DNA of 64,000 nt from the NCBI GenBank assembly GCA_045613925.1, contig JAZLBV010000014.1, positions 36,155 through 100,154 of the forward strand. Direction: 5' to 3'. The DNA comes from Candidatus Enterousia sp. (GTDB lineage: Bacteria; Pseudomonadota; Alphaproteobacteria; Rs-D84). Shown piece after piece: positions 1-8,320 of the stretch (within the stretch, counting starts at the first letter, position 1; each line of letters starts with the position of its first letter). The notes beneath the pieces are model-generated. The model saw only the letters and a list, made by a program, of their open reading frames with translations. It made no database searches and was not told the DNA's origin. Position numbers and translations under genes: made by a program.

Positions 1-242
1 TTTTGCTTTTCACCAAAATTCGCAACAAAATTAGCACAATACGCTTGCATTATGCTGGGATCGCTCCAACCAAGTTCACTTGCACACGGATTAATCGGAA
101 CACAGGCTTTTGTTTTTTCAACCCAAACATATTTATCAGGATGTTTTTCACACATAGCTTTTCTGTCTTCCGGTGTTGGTGCGGCAGATACCGACCCCAT
201 CACGGTTAACCCAGCCAGTACAGACAACAAAGTTTTTTTCAT
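1..242 (-). CDS. Secreted Cys-containing hypothetical protein, runs off the window edge (partial)
   Basis: Not in the ORF track; read manually: ATG at 242 with AGGAG RBS, MKKTLLSVLAGLTVMGSVSAAPTPEDRKAMCEKHPDKYVWVEKTKACVPINPC...; signal-peptide-like N-terminus. Confidence 0.8.
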   Translation of the reverse strand, partial: MKKTLLSVLAGLTVMGSVSAAPTPEDRKAMCEKHPDKYVWVEKTKACVPINPCASELGWSDPSIMQAYCANFVANFGEKQ

Positions 243-281
243 TTTCTTCTCCTTTTTTTTACTTGTTGTTTTTTTGTTTGT

Positions 282-668
282 TTAACATTCGCACCCCATA
301 CCGGCGGCATCTTCTGGAAAATCCGCACAAAACATTACACATTCATCATTCGCTTTTTTCTCTTCACTGCGTGTATCTTGTTGTGCGTTTCCGGCCCTGT
401 TCCCCATTGACGCGCCTGATCTTAATCTTTGTGCCAGTTTGATATTTCCATACACACCAAACCCTGTCACGATTAATGTGGAAAGTCCCGCTATCTTAAA
501 GCCCTTCGTCTTTTTTTCACATTGTTTCAATTTGTCGTATTTTTCATCCCTTTCTCTGGTCAATGATTCTATTTGCGAATTTAATATCTGTATTTTCATT
601 TCATCATTTGCATCCGCAAATGATTTAACTGGTATCATCAACAAAAACAAAACCACTAATTTTTTCAT
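282..668 (-). CDS. Secreted hypothetical protein, coiled coil plus Gly-rich hydrophobic helix
   Basis: Signal peptide MKKLVVLFLLMIPVKSFA; coiled coil; KGFKIAGLSTLIVTGFGVYGN; Cys-rich tail; ATGA overlap with upstream gene. Confidence 0.8.
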   Translation of the reverse strand: MKKLVVLFLLMIPVKSFADANDEMKIQILNSQIESLTRERDEKYDKLKQCEKKTKGFKIAGLSTLIVTGFGVYGNIKLAQRLRSGASMGNRAGNAQQDTRSEEKKANDECVMFCADFPEDAAGMGCEC

Positions 669-997
669 TGTGCTTCATCCCCAGATTTTGTTTCTTGTTT
701 ATCTTCTTTTTTATTCTCTTTTTTCGGCAGCTCTTTTAATTTTGTTCCCTGGATTATTGCCGCAGTACCAGTTGCAACAACACCAACCCCACCAACAACT
801 GTTGCGGCTATCCAGCCTTTTTTCATTCTTTCACAACGGATATTTTCATAATCTATTTGTGCGATTTCTTTCTTTAATTCTTCGATTGTTTGATATTTGG
901 ATAATATTTCACTATGTATCGCCGTATCATCTGCAACGGCGTTTAATGAATAAACAACGCACATAAAAAACAAATATATATATTTCAATCGTTGCAT
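665..997 (-). CDS. Secreted hypothetical protein, coiled coil plus glycine-zipper helix
   Basis: Likely start ATG 997 (GGGGG RBS); signal peptide; KKGWIAATVVGGVGVVATG. Confidence 0.75.
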   Translation of the reverse strand: MQRLKYIYLFFMCVVYSLNAVADDTAIHSEILSKYQTIEELKKEIAQIDYENIRCERMKKGWIAATVVGGVGVVATGTAAIIQGTKLKELPKKENKKEDKQETKSGDEAQ

Positions 998-1014
998 CAG
1001 CGCCCCCATACCAC

Positions 1015-1194
1015 AAAACAAAAACCACCAGAATCAAGGTGGTTGGAGGTTAAGAACAATTTGTAGTTGAAATTGCGCTGTTTATTCCGCGTATTCACAG
1101 CCCTCCAACCGATAACAAGTTGGAGTTTTTTTACGTCACTTGGACGAACTACAATCAGGTTCTTAAGCCTCATCGGAAAAACCCTTTCCGACAC
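1015..1194 (-). promoter_or_regulatory. Structured 5' leader RNA (riboswitch/attenuator-like), copy 1
   Basis: 5' hairpin UCGGAAAG/UUUUCCGA; P1 GAGG-C-UUAAGAAC/GUUCUUAA-CCUC; P2 UUGUAGUU/AACUACAA; CGUC/GACG; CUCCAAC/GUUGGAG; terminator AACCACC/GGUGGUU+U tract; homologous to 53285-53495. Confidence 0.8.
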
Positions 1195-1198
1195 GACT

Positions 1199-1227
1199 AT
1201 TCTAACATTTTTCAATATTTAAAACAA
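1199..1227 (-). promoter_or_regulatory. sigma70-type promoter for leader copy 1
   Basis: TTGTTT-17 nt-TAGAAT with extended -10 TG. Confidence 0.6.
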
Positions 1228-1231
1228 GGGC

Positions 1232-1256
1232 AAAAAAAACACCGCCGAACGGCGGT
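1232..1256 (-). terminator. Intrinsic terminator after dnaA
   Basis: ACCGCC/GGCGGT hairpin followed by U tract on the minus strand. Confidence 0.7.
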
Positions 1257-1290
1257 ATAATAAAATATGACAAACATCATATTTAAATCA

Positions 1291-2574
1291 TTATCTACAA
1301 ATTTTGATTAAATCATCAATTTCAGCATTCAAAATTAAATCTGATGTTTTTTGATTTTCTATTTGGGATAACGCATATACAACCGTTGCGTGATCACGAC
1401 CACCACAGACATTACCTATTTCTGTTAATGATAAATTTGTCGCACTTTTTAACACAGCCATCATAATCTGACGCGCACGAACCAATCTACGCGCACGTGA
1501 AGACCCACAAATTTCGTCGTATGAAACACACATTTTTTCACACATTGATTTAACCATCATCAAAGGTGTTTTGTTTTTATTCAACACATCTGTTAACAAA
1601 CGTGCAGCAACGTCCATATTAACACGTTCACCCATTAAATCTTGGTATGTTTGAATTTTACTGATAACACCGTTTACCAAATGACCGTCTGCACCAATAC
1701 GCTTTGCCAATTCATCTGAAACCAAAGAATCTACACCGGCACGATTCAACATAGCACGACGAACATACGCATTTGGTGCAGTTACATCAACAACCAACCC
1801 AGATGCGAACAAAGATTGCATACGTCTATCAAATCCATTCAATGCATTTGGTGCCACAGTTGATGTTAAAACAACACTTTTACCCATAGTGTGCAAATCT
1901 GTTAATAATTGCAAAAATTCGTCCATTGTTGCACGTTTCCCGGCCAGCGCACAAACATCATCTAAAATGAACATATCACAATTGCGACAAAAATCTTTAA
2001 ATGAAAAAATTGTTTTTTCCCGCAAAGAACGTGCAAAATCTGCCACAAACTGTCCACCAGACATCATAACCACCTGTGCACCCGATTCGTTTTGTATGCA
2101 ATTCGCCAACAAAGATTTACCACAACCCGCTGGTCCATAAATAAATAATTGGGAAAACGACGCACCACCCATTGCCATTTTTTTACACGCAGCAACAGCG
2201 AACATATTTTCATCCATACAAACAAAATCATCAAACGCATTACGCTTTGAAGATTTTACAACACTTGTTTTTTCAGGAACAAAGGAACACACAACATTAT
2301 CGTTTGCAAAACGATTCGAACCCCCAGCAGCATTAGCCACAGAAATATTGAAATCCAAACAAAAATCCGCCGCTATATCTTTGATAATGTTTCCATATTC
2401 TTTTTTGACATAGTCGGCGGTAAATTTATTATGAGCAACAACTTCCAAACACCCATCTTTAACTTCGAAACCCAACGGCATAATCCAGGTGGTGAATCCC
2501 GCAGAATCTATCTTGGTCGAAATAACCTTTTTGATTGATTCAGGATTAACATTTTGTTTTGTTGTTGCCTGCAT
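1291..2574 (-). CDS. dnaA: Chromosomal replication initiator DnaA
   Basis: Domain I FTTWIMPL, Walker A GPAGCGKS, Walker B FILDD, C-terminal GGRDHATV. Confidence 0.95.
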   Translation of the reverse strand: MQATTKQNVNPESIKKVISTKIDSAGFTTWIMPLGFEVKDGCLEVVAHNKFTADYVKKEYGNIIKDIAADFCLDFNISVANAAGGSNRFANDNVVCSFVPEKTSVVKSSKRNAFDDFVCMDENMFAVAACKKMAMGGASFSQLFIYGPAGCGKSLLANCIQNESGAQVVMMSGGQFVADFARSLREKTIFSFKDFCRNCDMFILDDVCALAGKRATMDEFLQLLTDLHTMGKSVVLTSTVAPNALNGFDRRMQSLFASGLVVDVTAPNAYVRRAMLNRAGVDSLVSDELAKRIGADGHLVNGVISKIQTYQDLMGERVNMDVAARLLTDVLNKNKTPLMMVKSMCEKMCVSYDEICGSSRARRLVRARQIMMAVLKSATNLSLTEIGNVCGGRDHATVVYALSQIENQKTSDLILNAEIDDLIKICR

Positions 2575-2636
2575 ACTGTTTTTCTCCTTTCCTTCCTTAA
2601 AAGAGTTCTATGACAAGGGTATAAAAACCACCTGCA

Positions 2637-2682
2637 CATAAATATTAAATTCTGATCCGATACCAAGAATTTAATATTTATG
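2637..2682. repeat. Perfect 17-bp inverted repeat upstream of dnaA
   Basis: CATAAATATTAAATTCT-12 nt-AGAATTTAATATTTATG. Confidence 0.85.
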
Positions 2683-2802
2683 CCGCCTGTTCAAACTCTC
2701 TTTCTCTTCCGTTTTATAATTGATAAAATCTGTTAACTACATTTATCAATCGTTTGGATACAGAAAATAATTTATAAGATTAATTTCGGTTTTCAACCAA
2801 AT

Positions 2803-2818
2803 GTTAACATTTTTTTAA
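2803..2818 (-). promoter_or_regulatory. CtrA-type binding site upstream of dnaA
   Basis: Minus strand TTAA-AAAAATG-TTAAC matches TTAA-N7-TTAAC; the region is AT-rich, so a chance match is possible. Confidence 0.5.
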
Positions 2819-2897
2819 ACATTTATTTTTTGACAACGATTCGTTTTTTTCCAAGATTTTCGCACTTTGTATATACACTGTATAGACACAAAAAAAA

Positions 2898-3911
2898 TCA
2901 ATTTAAAACATATCCGCCATCTTGTTTTCTTATTAAACCTTGTAATTCTAACATCACTAAATCCGTTCTGATTTCCGCAACGGATTTTTTGACAAGGTTT
3001 GCCAATACAGATTCTGATACAGGAATCATTCCTAACTTATCTAAAATATCATTTCCAGATATAGAATTTTTTTTCTTAATTCCATTTTTCTTGTCATCAA
3101 AGAAATCATTTGCCGACATACATAACGTAGCCATACCATTTTTTATCAACGAATTGGGGCCCACACTACGTGAATCAGATGGATGCCCAGGCACAGCAAA
3201 CACACGGCGTTCATAATCTTTTGCGAATCGTGCAGTTGACATACTGCCTGATTTTGCGTCGGCTTCACCAACAATTAACAATTCAGATAATCCTGCAATC
3301 CAATGATTTCTTTGAATAAAATTGCTGGCCAACGGATTAACACCTATTGGCATTTCACTTATCACCACACCACGTTCAATAATTTCATAATAAAGCGATT
3401 CGTTTTCAAGTGGCCAAATATAATCAACACCGCCCGCTAAAACCGCAATTGTCTGCGCATTTCCATCTGAACGCAACGCACCAACATGTGCAGCAGTATC
3501 TGTCCCCATAGCCATCCCAGATACAACCGCAAAATTATGTTCTGCAAAAGCAAATGCCAATTCAGACATAAAATTCATACCTGCCACAGTTGAATGACGT
3601 GTTCCAACCATAGAAACCATATTTTTCTTTAAAGTTGCCACATTACCACGCGCACAAATTACAGGCGGGTGATTTTTTATGCGTAATAAATTTACCGGAT
3701 ATAAATCATCATTATCACAAATATATTGTACATTTAATTCATTTGCCTTGCCCATTTCACGTTTAATATCATCAATAAAATCCTGATGCAAATTTAATGA
3801 ATCAACAACACTTCCAACATCACCATATTCTGTGATTAAATTATTATATTTGACCGGTCCGATTCCAGGCGTTCGCAATATCAAAAGTTTTTGTAATAAT
3901 AAATCATTCAT
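2898..3911 (-). CDS. dprA: DNA-processing protein DprA
   Basis: VGTR, VVSGMAMGTDTAAH, FIQRN, VFAVPG motifs; C-terminal winged helix. Confidence 0.95.
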   Translation of the reverse strand: MNDLLLQKLLILRTPGIGPVKYNNLITEYGDVGSVVDSLNLHQDFIDDIKREMGKANELNVQYICDNDDLYPVNLLRIKNHPPVICARGNVATLKKNMVSMVGTRHSTVAGMNFMSELAFAFAEHNFAVVSGMAMGTDTAAHVGALRSDGNAQTIAVLAGGVDYIWPLENESLYYEIIERGVVISEMPIGVNPLASNFIQRNHWIAGLSELLIVGEADAKSGSMSTARFAKDYERRVFAVPGHPSDSRSVGPNSLIKNGMATLCMSANDFFDDKKNGIKKKNSISGNDILDKLGMIPVSESVLANLVKKSVAEIRTDLVMLELQGLIRKQDGGYVLN

Positions 3912-3973
3912 AACAAAAAAGATTGTAGAACAAATCTACAATCTTATAAAAGTAAAAAATACAAACTCTGCAC

Positions 3974-4813
3974 CTATTTAGCAAATTCTGCAATCAAAGC
4001 ACTATATTGCGAACAATCTGTATCAGACAAAGTGCCATCTGCACACGCCTTTTTAATCATTGTCAAATCATCAACATAGCGTTGAAATTGTGTTGGATTT
4101 TTGTCCTGTAACACCAACAATTGAGATCTGTACAATTCGTCCATTTGGTTATTTTTCAACAACGTCTTCTGACCTTCGACCTTGCCACCGATAATTTTAT
4201 TTCCGAATAATTCCATTATACCAACGCCAAGACCCGCACCACCAATACTGCTGGCAACGATACCACCAATTCTGGCACCTTTCTTAGCATCCAAAATGCG
4301 TTGTTCCATATCTTTTTTGTTAACCCATCCACCACATTCGATGTTTTCACCCCACATAAAATATTTAGCAGGAATATCAGAAACAGAAATCCTTGATTCA
4401 TCATCAGATTTCAATTCAACCCGCACAAAACAAACATTATTCTGTGGATTTGCAGTATCTTCAACCATAGTTGAATAATTAGACGTATTGCTGTATCTTG
4501 ATGCCCACACGAAAGTATTCCCAATACCAATATTATTATTTATACAGGCATTACGTTCTGCTTCGCGTTGATCAATCTCTGGTTTTTCTGGTTCTTCAGG
4601 CTTTTCCTGTTTTGGCCCGGTCACAATCTGCATAGTATTATTGTTATCCATCCCATTTGTATTAGCGATGATATGCATTCCCCCCAATTGATTAATAGAT
4701 GCAGTATATCTCGGTGCAGTCATAATCTTATTAGACATCGCCAAACGTTCCTGGGCGGCAAATGCATTAACACCAAACAAAGATAAAACCAATATTGATA
4801 CAAAATACCTCAT
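3974..4813 (-). CDS. Secreted hypothetical protein with glycine-zipper helix
   Basis: Signal peptide; PEE/PEK linker; several Cys; KKGARIGGIVASSIGGAGLGVGIMELFG. Confidence 0.8.
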   Translation of the reverse strand: MRYFVSILVLSLFGVNAFAAQERLAMSNKIMTAPRYTASINQLGGMHIIANTNGMDNNNTMQIVTGPKQEKPEEPEKPEIDQREAERNACINNNIGIGNTFVWASRYSNTSNYSTMVEDTANPQNNVCFVRVELKSDDESRISVSDIPAKYFMWGENIECGGWVNKKDMEQRILDAKKGARIGGIVASSIGGAGLGVGIMELFGNKIIGGKVEGQKTLLKNNQMDELYRSQLLVLQDKNPTQFQRYVDDLTMIKKACADGTLSDTDCSQYSALIAEFAK

Positions 4814-4893
4814 GATACAATCCCTCTTTATGGGGACATTATATCACAAAAAGGCCAAAAAAACAAATATAAATATAAGATTGGATTTGAATT

Positions 4894-5481
4894 TTATTTT
4901 TTCCATTTCCAATTTAATTTTGATTCAGTTCCATTGATTAAACGCAAAATATTTTCCCTGTGCCTAAATAAACAAAGCGATGCAATTGCTAAAAAACCAA
5001 CCCCAGTCCAAAAACCTATAACAAAACCGAACAAAGTCATAACACAAAATACTGTTACCCCCCCAGCCGATGAATGTTTGGACGATAACGCTACTAACAA
5101 CCATTCTATACCACAAAAAACGAACAAAATTGGGTTATAGGCCAACAACACCCCAAACAGTGTAGAAACGCCCTTGCCCCCATGAAAATTCAACCAAATT
5201 GGATAACAATGCCCAACAACAGCCGCAAAACCGCACCACACAGAAAACACATCACCCCCAACATAACGCCCTAATAAAACGGCAACTATAGCCTTTATCA
5301 TATCAAGCAACCAAACCAACAACGCGACACGAAAACCGCCCGCCCGCATAGCATTGGCAGCACCAATATTACCACTGCCTATTTTTCTTAGATCGCCCTT
5401 GTTAAACAATTTGGTAATAACTATACCGAACGGGATTGAGCCTAAAAGATACGAAACTAACAAAGATATTACATATAACAT
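4894..5481 (-). CDS. plsY: Glycerol-3-phosphate acyltransferase PlsY
   Basis: YLLGSIPFG, GSGNIGA, GHCYP, GGKGV, RHRENI motifs. Confidence 0.95.
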   Translation of the reverse strand: MLYVISLLVSYLLGSIPFGIVITKLFNKGDLRKIGSGNIGAANAMRAGGFRVALLVWLLDMIKAIVAVLLGRYVGGDVFSVWCGFAAVVGHCYPIWLNFHGGKGVSTLFGVLLAYNPILFVFCGIEWLLVALSSKHSSAGGVTVFCVMTLFGFVIGFWTGVGFLAIASLCLFRHRENILRLINGTESKLNWKWKK

Positions 5482-5554
5482 ATTATTTTTCCTTGATTTT
5501 ATGTTTGTTTTTTATAAAATAGCATAAACCTGATAAAAATAAAAGGAAAATAAA

Positions 5555-5815
5555 GTGGCTAATCATAAATCGTGTGATAAAAGAATTTTAGTAACGGCAA
5601 AGAAAAATGCAATCAATACTGCCCGTCGCAGCGCCGTTAAAACAGCAACTAAAAAAGCGTTAAAGGCAATTGAATCTGGCGACAAAGCCGCCGCAGTTGC
5701 TGCAACACGCGACGCAGAAAGCAAAATTATGAAAGCGGCCGGCAAAACAATGCCAAAGAAAACCGCTTCCAGAAAGGTTGCACGTCTTGCAAAGAAAGTT
5801 GCAAAAATCGCATAA
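5555..5815 (+). CDS. rpsT: 30S ribosomal protein S20
   Basis: MANHKS...KTASRKVARL; GTG start with AAGGA RBS. Confidence 0.95.
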   Translation: MANHKSCDKRILVTAKKNAINTARRSAVKTATKKALKAIESGDKAAAVAATRDAESKIMKAAGKTMPKKTASRKVARLAKKVAKIA

Positions 5816-5837
5816 ATGAAAAAACTTTTATCAAATT

Positions 5838-5868
5838 AAAAAACCGCCCAATCGGGCGATTTTTTTTT
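5838..5868. terminator. Terminator between convergent rpsT and pilin
   Basis: CGCCC/GGGCG hairpin flanked by A and T tracts. Confidence 0.7.
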
Positions 5869-5896
5869 GCGAAATACAAGAAAATCTTAAATTTAT

Positions 5897-6346
5897 TTAT
5901 TCTGTAAATTGAATGGTCACTGTTTCACCATTACATTCTCCAGTTCCGTGTTTATAGCTGCGACCGGCCATAGCTTCGCATTCATCACCAATTCTATACA
6001 TCATAACATTAAATGTTTTACCTTCATCAGTTGTAAGAACCCCATAAATACCCCCAAACGGAGTTCCCCCATCAGAATCCAATAACGCCTTAGCAAGCGA
6101 TTGACCTTTCTCTTCATCTGATGGCAATGCAATAAATTTTGCATTTTTACTTTCTGCTTGTGCAGCCATTGCACGAACATTTGATACAATAACGTCTATT
6201 TCATCAGCGGCCTGACTACGTTTTTGCGATTTGTACCCAGAACTTAACAGAACAAAAGCGGCCGCTGTAATCAACCCCATAATAGCCAACACACCAACCA
6301 TTTCAACCATTGAACGTCCCGATTCTTGTTTTTTTGTATTTTTCAT
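5897..6346 (-). CDS. Type IV pilin / prepilin
   Basis: Start ATG 6346 with AAGGAG RBS; class III signal MKNTKKQESG|RSMVEMVGVLAIMG with E+5; TPFGG motif; C-terminal Cys pair. Confidence 0.85.
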   Translation of the reverse strand: MKNTKKQESGRSMVEMVGVLAIMGLITAAAFVLLSSGYKSQKRSQAADEIDVIVSNVRAMAAQAESKNAKFIALPSDEEKGQSLAKALLDSDGGTPFGGIYGVLTTDEGKTFNVMMYRIGDECEAMAGRSYKHGTGECNGETVTIQFTE

Positions 6347-6368
6347 TTTTTTCTCCTTTTGTGTTATA

Positions 6369-6595
6369 CAAAAAAAACCACTGAACAATACATCAGCGGT
6401 CGGGGAGTTCATAAATCAGTTAGGTTTGATTTCGCGGCTTTCGGGACGAACCCTGTTGTATAACACGCGACCCCCCGACATATAATCAGGGATAAATACC
6501 GGTGCAAAAGACACCAAAATATCAAATAACGATGCTTTCGCACCGACCTAACAGGGTTATGACACCCCGAACCCATTTTTCATTTGAGTTCACAC
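6369..6595 (-). promoter_or_regulatory. Structured 5' leader RNA (riboswitch/attenuator-like), divergent copy upstream of the pilin
   Basis: 5' hairpin GAACUCA/UGGGUUC; P1 UCGGGG-UG-UCAUAA/UUAUGA-ACU-CCCCGA; P2 GUUAGGU/ACCUAAC; CGGUGC-GAAA-GCAUCG; CCCUGA/UCGGGG; terminator ACCGCUGA/UCAGUGGU+U tract. Confidence 0.75.
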
Positions 6596-6597
6596 TT

Positions 6598-6626
6598 ATT
6601 ATATAACAAAACAAGATAAAAATCAA
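6598..6626 (-). promoter_or_regulatory. sigma70-type promoter for the pilin leader
   Basis: TTGATT-17 nt-TATAAT. Confidence 0.7.
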
Positions 6627-6631
6627 TGCAC

Positions 6632-6656
6632 AAAAAACCCAGGGTTCCCTGGGTTT
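6632..6656 (-). terminator. Intrinsic terminator after the secretin gene
   Basis: AAACCCAGG/CCTGGGTTT hairpin plus U tract on the minus strand. Confidence 0.7.
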
Positions 6657-6664
6657 CATAACTT

Positions 6665-8296
6665 TTAATCTAATGGTGCGCCCCAACGTTGTTGGATATT
6701 GCGTTCCGCATCCATCGGGCTGGCCAGAACCTGTGGTGTCAGGATAACAACCAACACTTCACGTGTGGCACTGGCATCACGAGAACCAGACAAAGCCATA
6801 AAGTCAGCATCACCCAAACCATAACGAGTATCGTCATTAGCTTGCTTCTCAAATCCAGATACAACTAACATTTGGCCAGATTCCATAATAACTTCCTGCA
6901 TAAATGAACGCTCTTCAACTTCTGGCAATTGCAATTTAACAACGCCAACTTCTTGGGTATTCATACGTATCAATTCACGCACATTCATTTTGAACATCAT
7001 CAAAATCTTGCCGTTTTCCAAAACATTTGGCAACAGCTGCATAGAAAATCCAGTTTCCAATTCATCCTGGTCAACTGTAGAAGATTCTACGGTTGTAAAA
7101 CTGCGTGATTCAAAACGTTTAATGTACCCTGTTGTCTTAGTATTCGTCACAGGCGCCACACGATTACTACGTGTTGTAACACCAACATTCGTCACCAACG
7201 AAACCTTGCCCTGTTTTGCCAATGCCTGAATTAAAGCATCAGACCCAGCCAAACGTGCCATAGAACCATTTGCAATTTGATCTGGTCCATATGCACCATC
7301 AGTCCAAGTCCCATTTTCAAGATGTTGCATTCCAGTAACAGCCGCAGCAGTATTTGATAACACAGCTATATTCATCTTGCTAGCTTCGGCCACACCTAAA
7401 TTATCTTTTGGTGTTGCAACGATATTCAACCCAGATGCAGAATTAACCGCCGCCGCTAAATTCAAACCAAATGCAGATTCATTAGACAAAGATACCTGTA
7501 AAACCTTAACATCTATTGTCACCAATTGCGATAAACGTTTATTTTGTCTGGCAATATAATCTGCAACACGGTTCAACACAGACGGTGTCGCAGTCACAGT
7601 AATTGTTCCCAAACTGCGAGACACTGTGAACTGTGCATTACTAGACCCATTTATGATAGATTCTATGGTGGCTTCTACCTCATCCCATTCTTTTAATGTA
7701 GATTCTAATGAAACCTGACTACCACTATCAGAACCAACTGACGACTGATAAGAGATATCCGTTCCTAATGCGTAAAGTGTAAACGTCCGCGTTTCTGTTT
7801 CATAAAAAACTATTGAACCTTTGTCATAATACCACAACAAATCTAAATCGGTCGCGATTTGCGACAACAATCCCGATAATTTCCCAGTATATGCAACATC
7901 AACCGTTCTTCTTAATTTTTCTTGGTCTATTTGACTATCAATTTTCACAGGAATCCCAGTAATAGAATTTATATCATTTGCCAAAAATTGCAATGTCACA
8001 GGATTATTCAACAACACCGTAATACCTGTATCCGTTTCAAATCTTGCAGGCAAATTATTTTTATGATCCAATATAGTAGATTTATTTCCCAACCACACAC
8101 CTTCAGATACAGAAACAGTATCACCATTGGCAATCTTTCCCCGAGGATTTTTAGACATCTCAAATGCATCATGTGCATTGGCATAGTCCCTATCAACAAC
8201 AGCTGACACCTTGGCTGATTCGTGTAATGTACATCCACCCAACAAAGCAGTTAACAAAACGCCAACAAAACATATTTTAAAACGGTTTATTATCAT
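6665..8296 (-). CDS. Type IVb pilus lipoprotein secretin (PilN/BfpB/TcpC-like)
   Basis: Lipobox LLGGC; GTITVTATP N3 domain; ETGFSMQLLP, SGQMLVVSGFE, LVVILTP secretin motifs. Confidence 0.85.
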   Translation of the reverse strand: MIINRFKICFVGVLLTALLGGCTLHESAKVSAVVDRDYANAHDAFEMSKNPRGKIANGDTVSVSEGVWLGNKSTILDHKNNLPARFETDTGITVLLNNPVTLQFLANDINSITGIPVKIDSQIDQEKLRRTVDVAYTGKLSGLLSQIATDLDLLWYYDKGSIVFYETETRTFTLYALGTDISYQSSVGSDSGSQVSLESTLKEWDEVEATIESIINGSSNAQFTVSRSLGTITVTATPSVLNRVADYIARQNKRLSQLVTIDVKVLQVSLSNESAFGLNLAAAVNSASGLNIVATPKDNLGVAEASKMNIAVLSNTAAAVTGMQHLENGTWTDGAYGPDQIANGSMARLAGSDALIQALAKQGKVSLVTNVGVTTRSNRVAPVTNTKTTGYIKRFESRSFTTVESSTVDQDELETGFSMQLLPNVLENGKILMMFKMNVRELIRMNTQEVGVVKLQLPEVEERSFMQEVIMESGQMLVVSGFEKQANDDTRYGLGDADFMALSGSRDASATREVLVVILTPQVLASPMDAERNIQQRWGAPLD

Positions 8297-8320
8297 ATTT
8301 ATCTCCTACAAAATAATATG

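Noticed and set aside
1015-1194. Assignment of the leader RNAs to M-box, T-box, lysine, cobalamin, c-di-GMP riboswitches or 6S RNA
   Set aside because: Only short chance-like resemblances (for example UGAGGCU and GUCCAA..GACG to M-box) that are not kept in the other copies; class-defining motifs are absent by eye. An Rfam search is still needed
997-1215. 72-aa ORF across leader copy 1 as a leader peptide
   Set aside because: It starts upstream of the predicted TSS and is not conserved in copy 2 (early stop) or the pilin copy; what is conserved is base pairing, not coding sequence
2631-2660. dif site
   Set aside because: The left part resembles a XerC arm (GCACATAA) but no XerD arm TTATGTTAAAT follows; better explained as one arm of the inverted repeat
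2575-2897. oriC next to dnaA
   Set aside because: No cluster of recognisable DnaA boxes; alphaproteobacterial origins are often unlinked to dnaA
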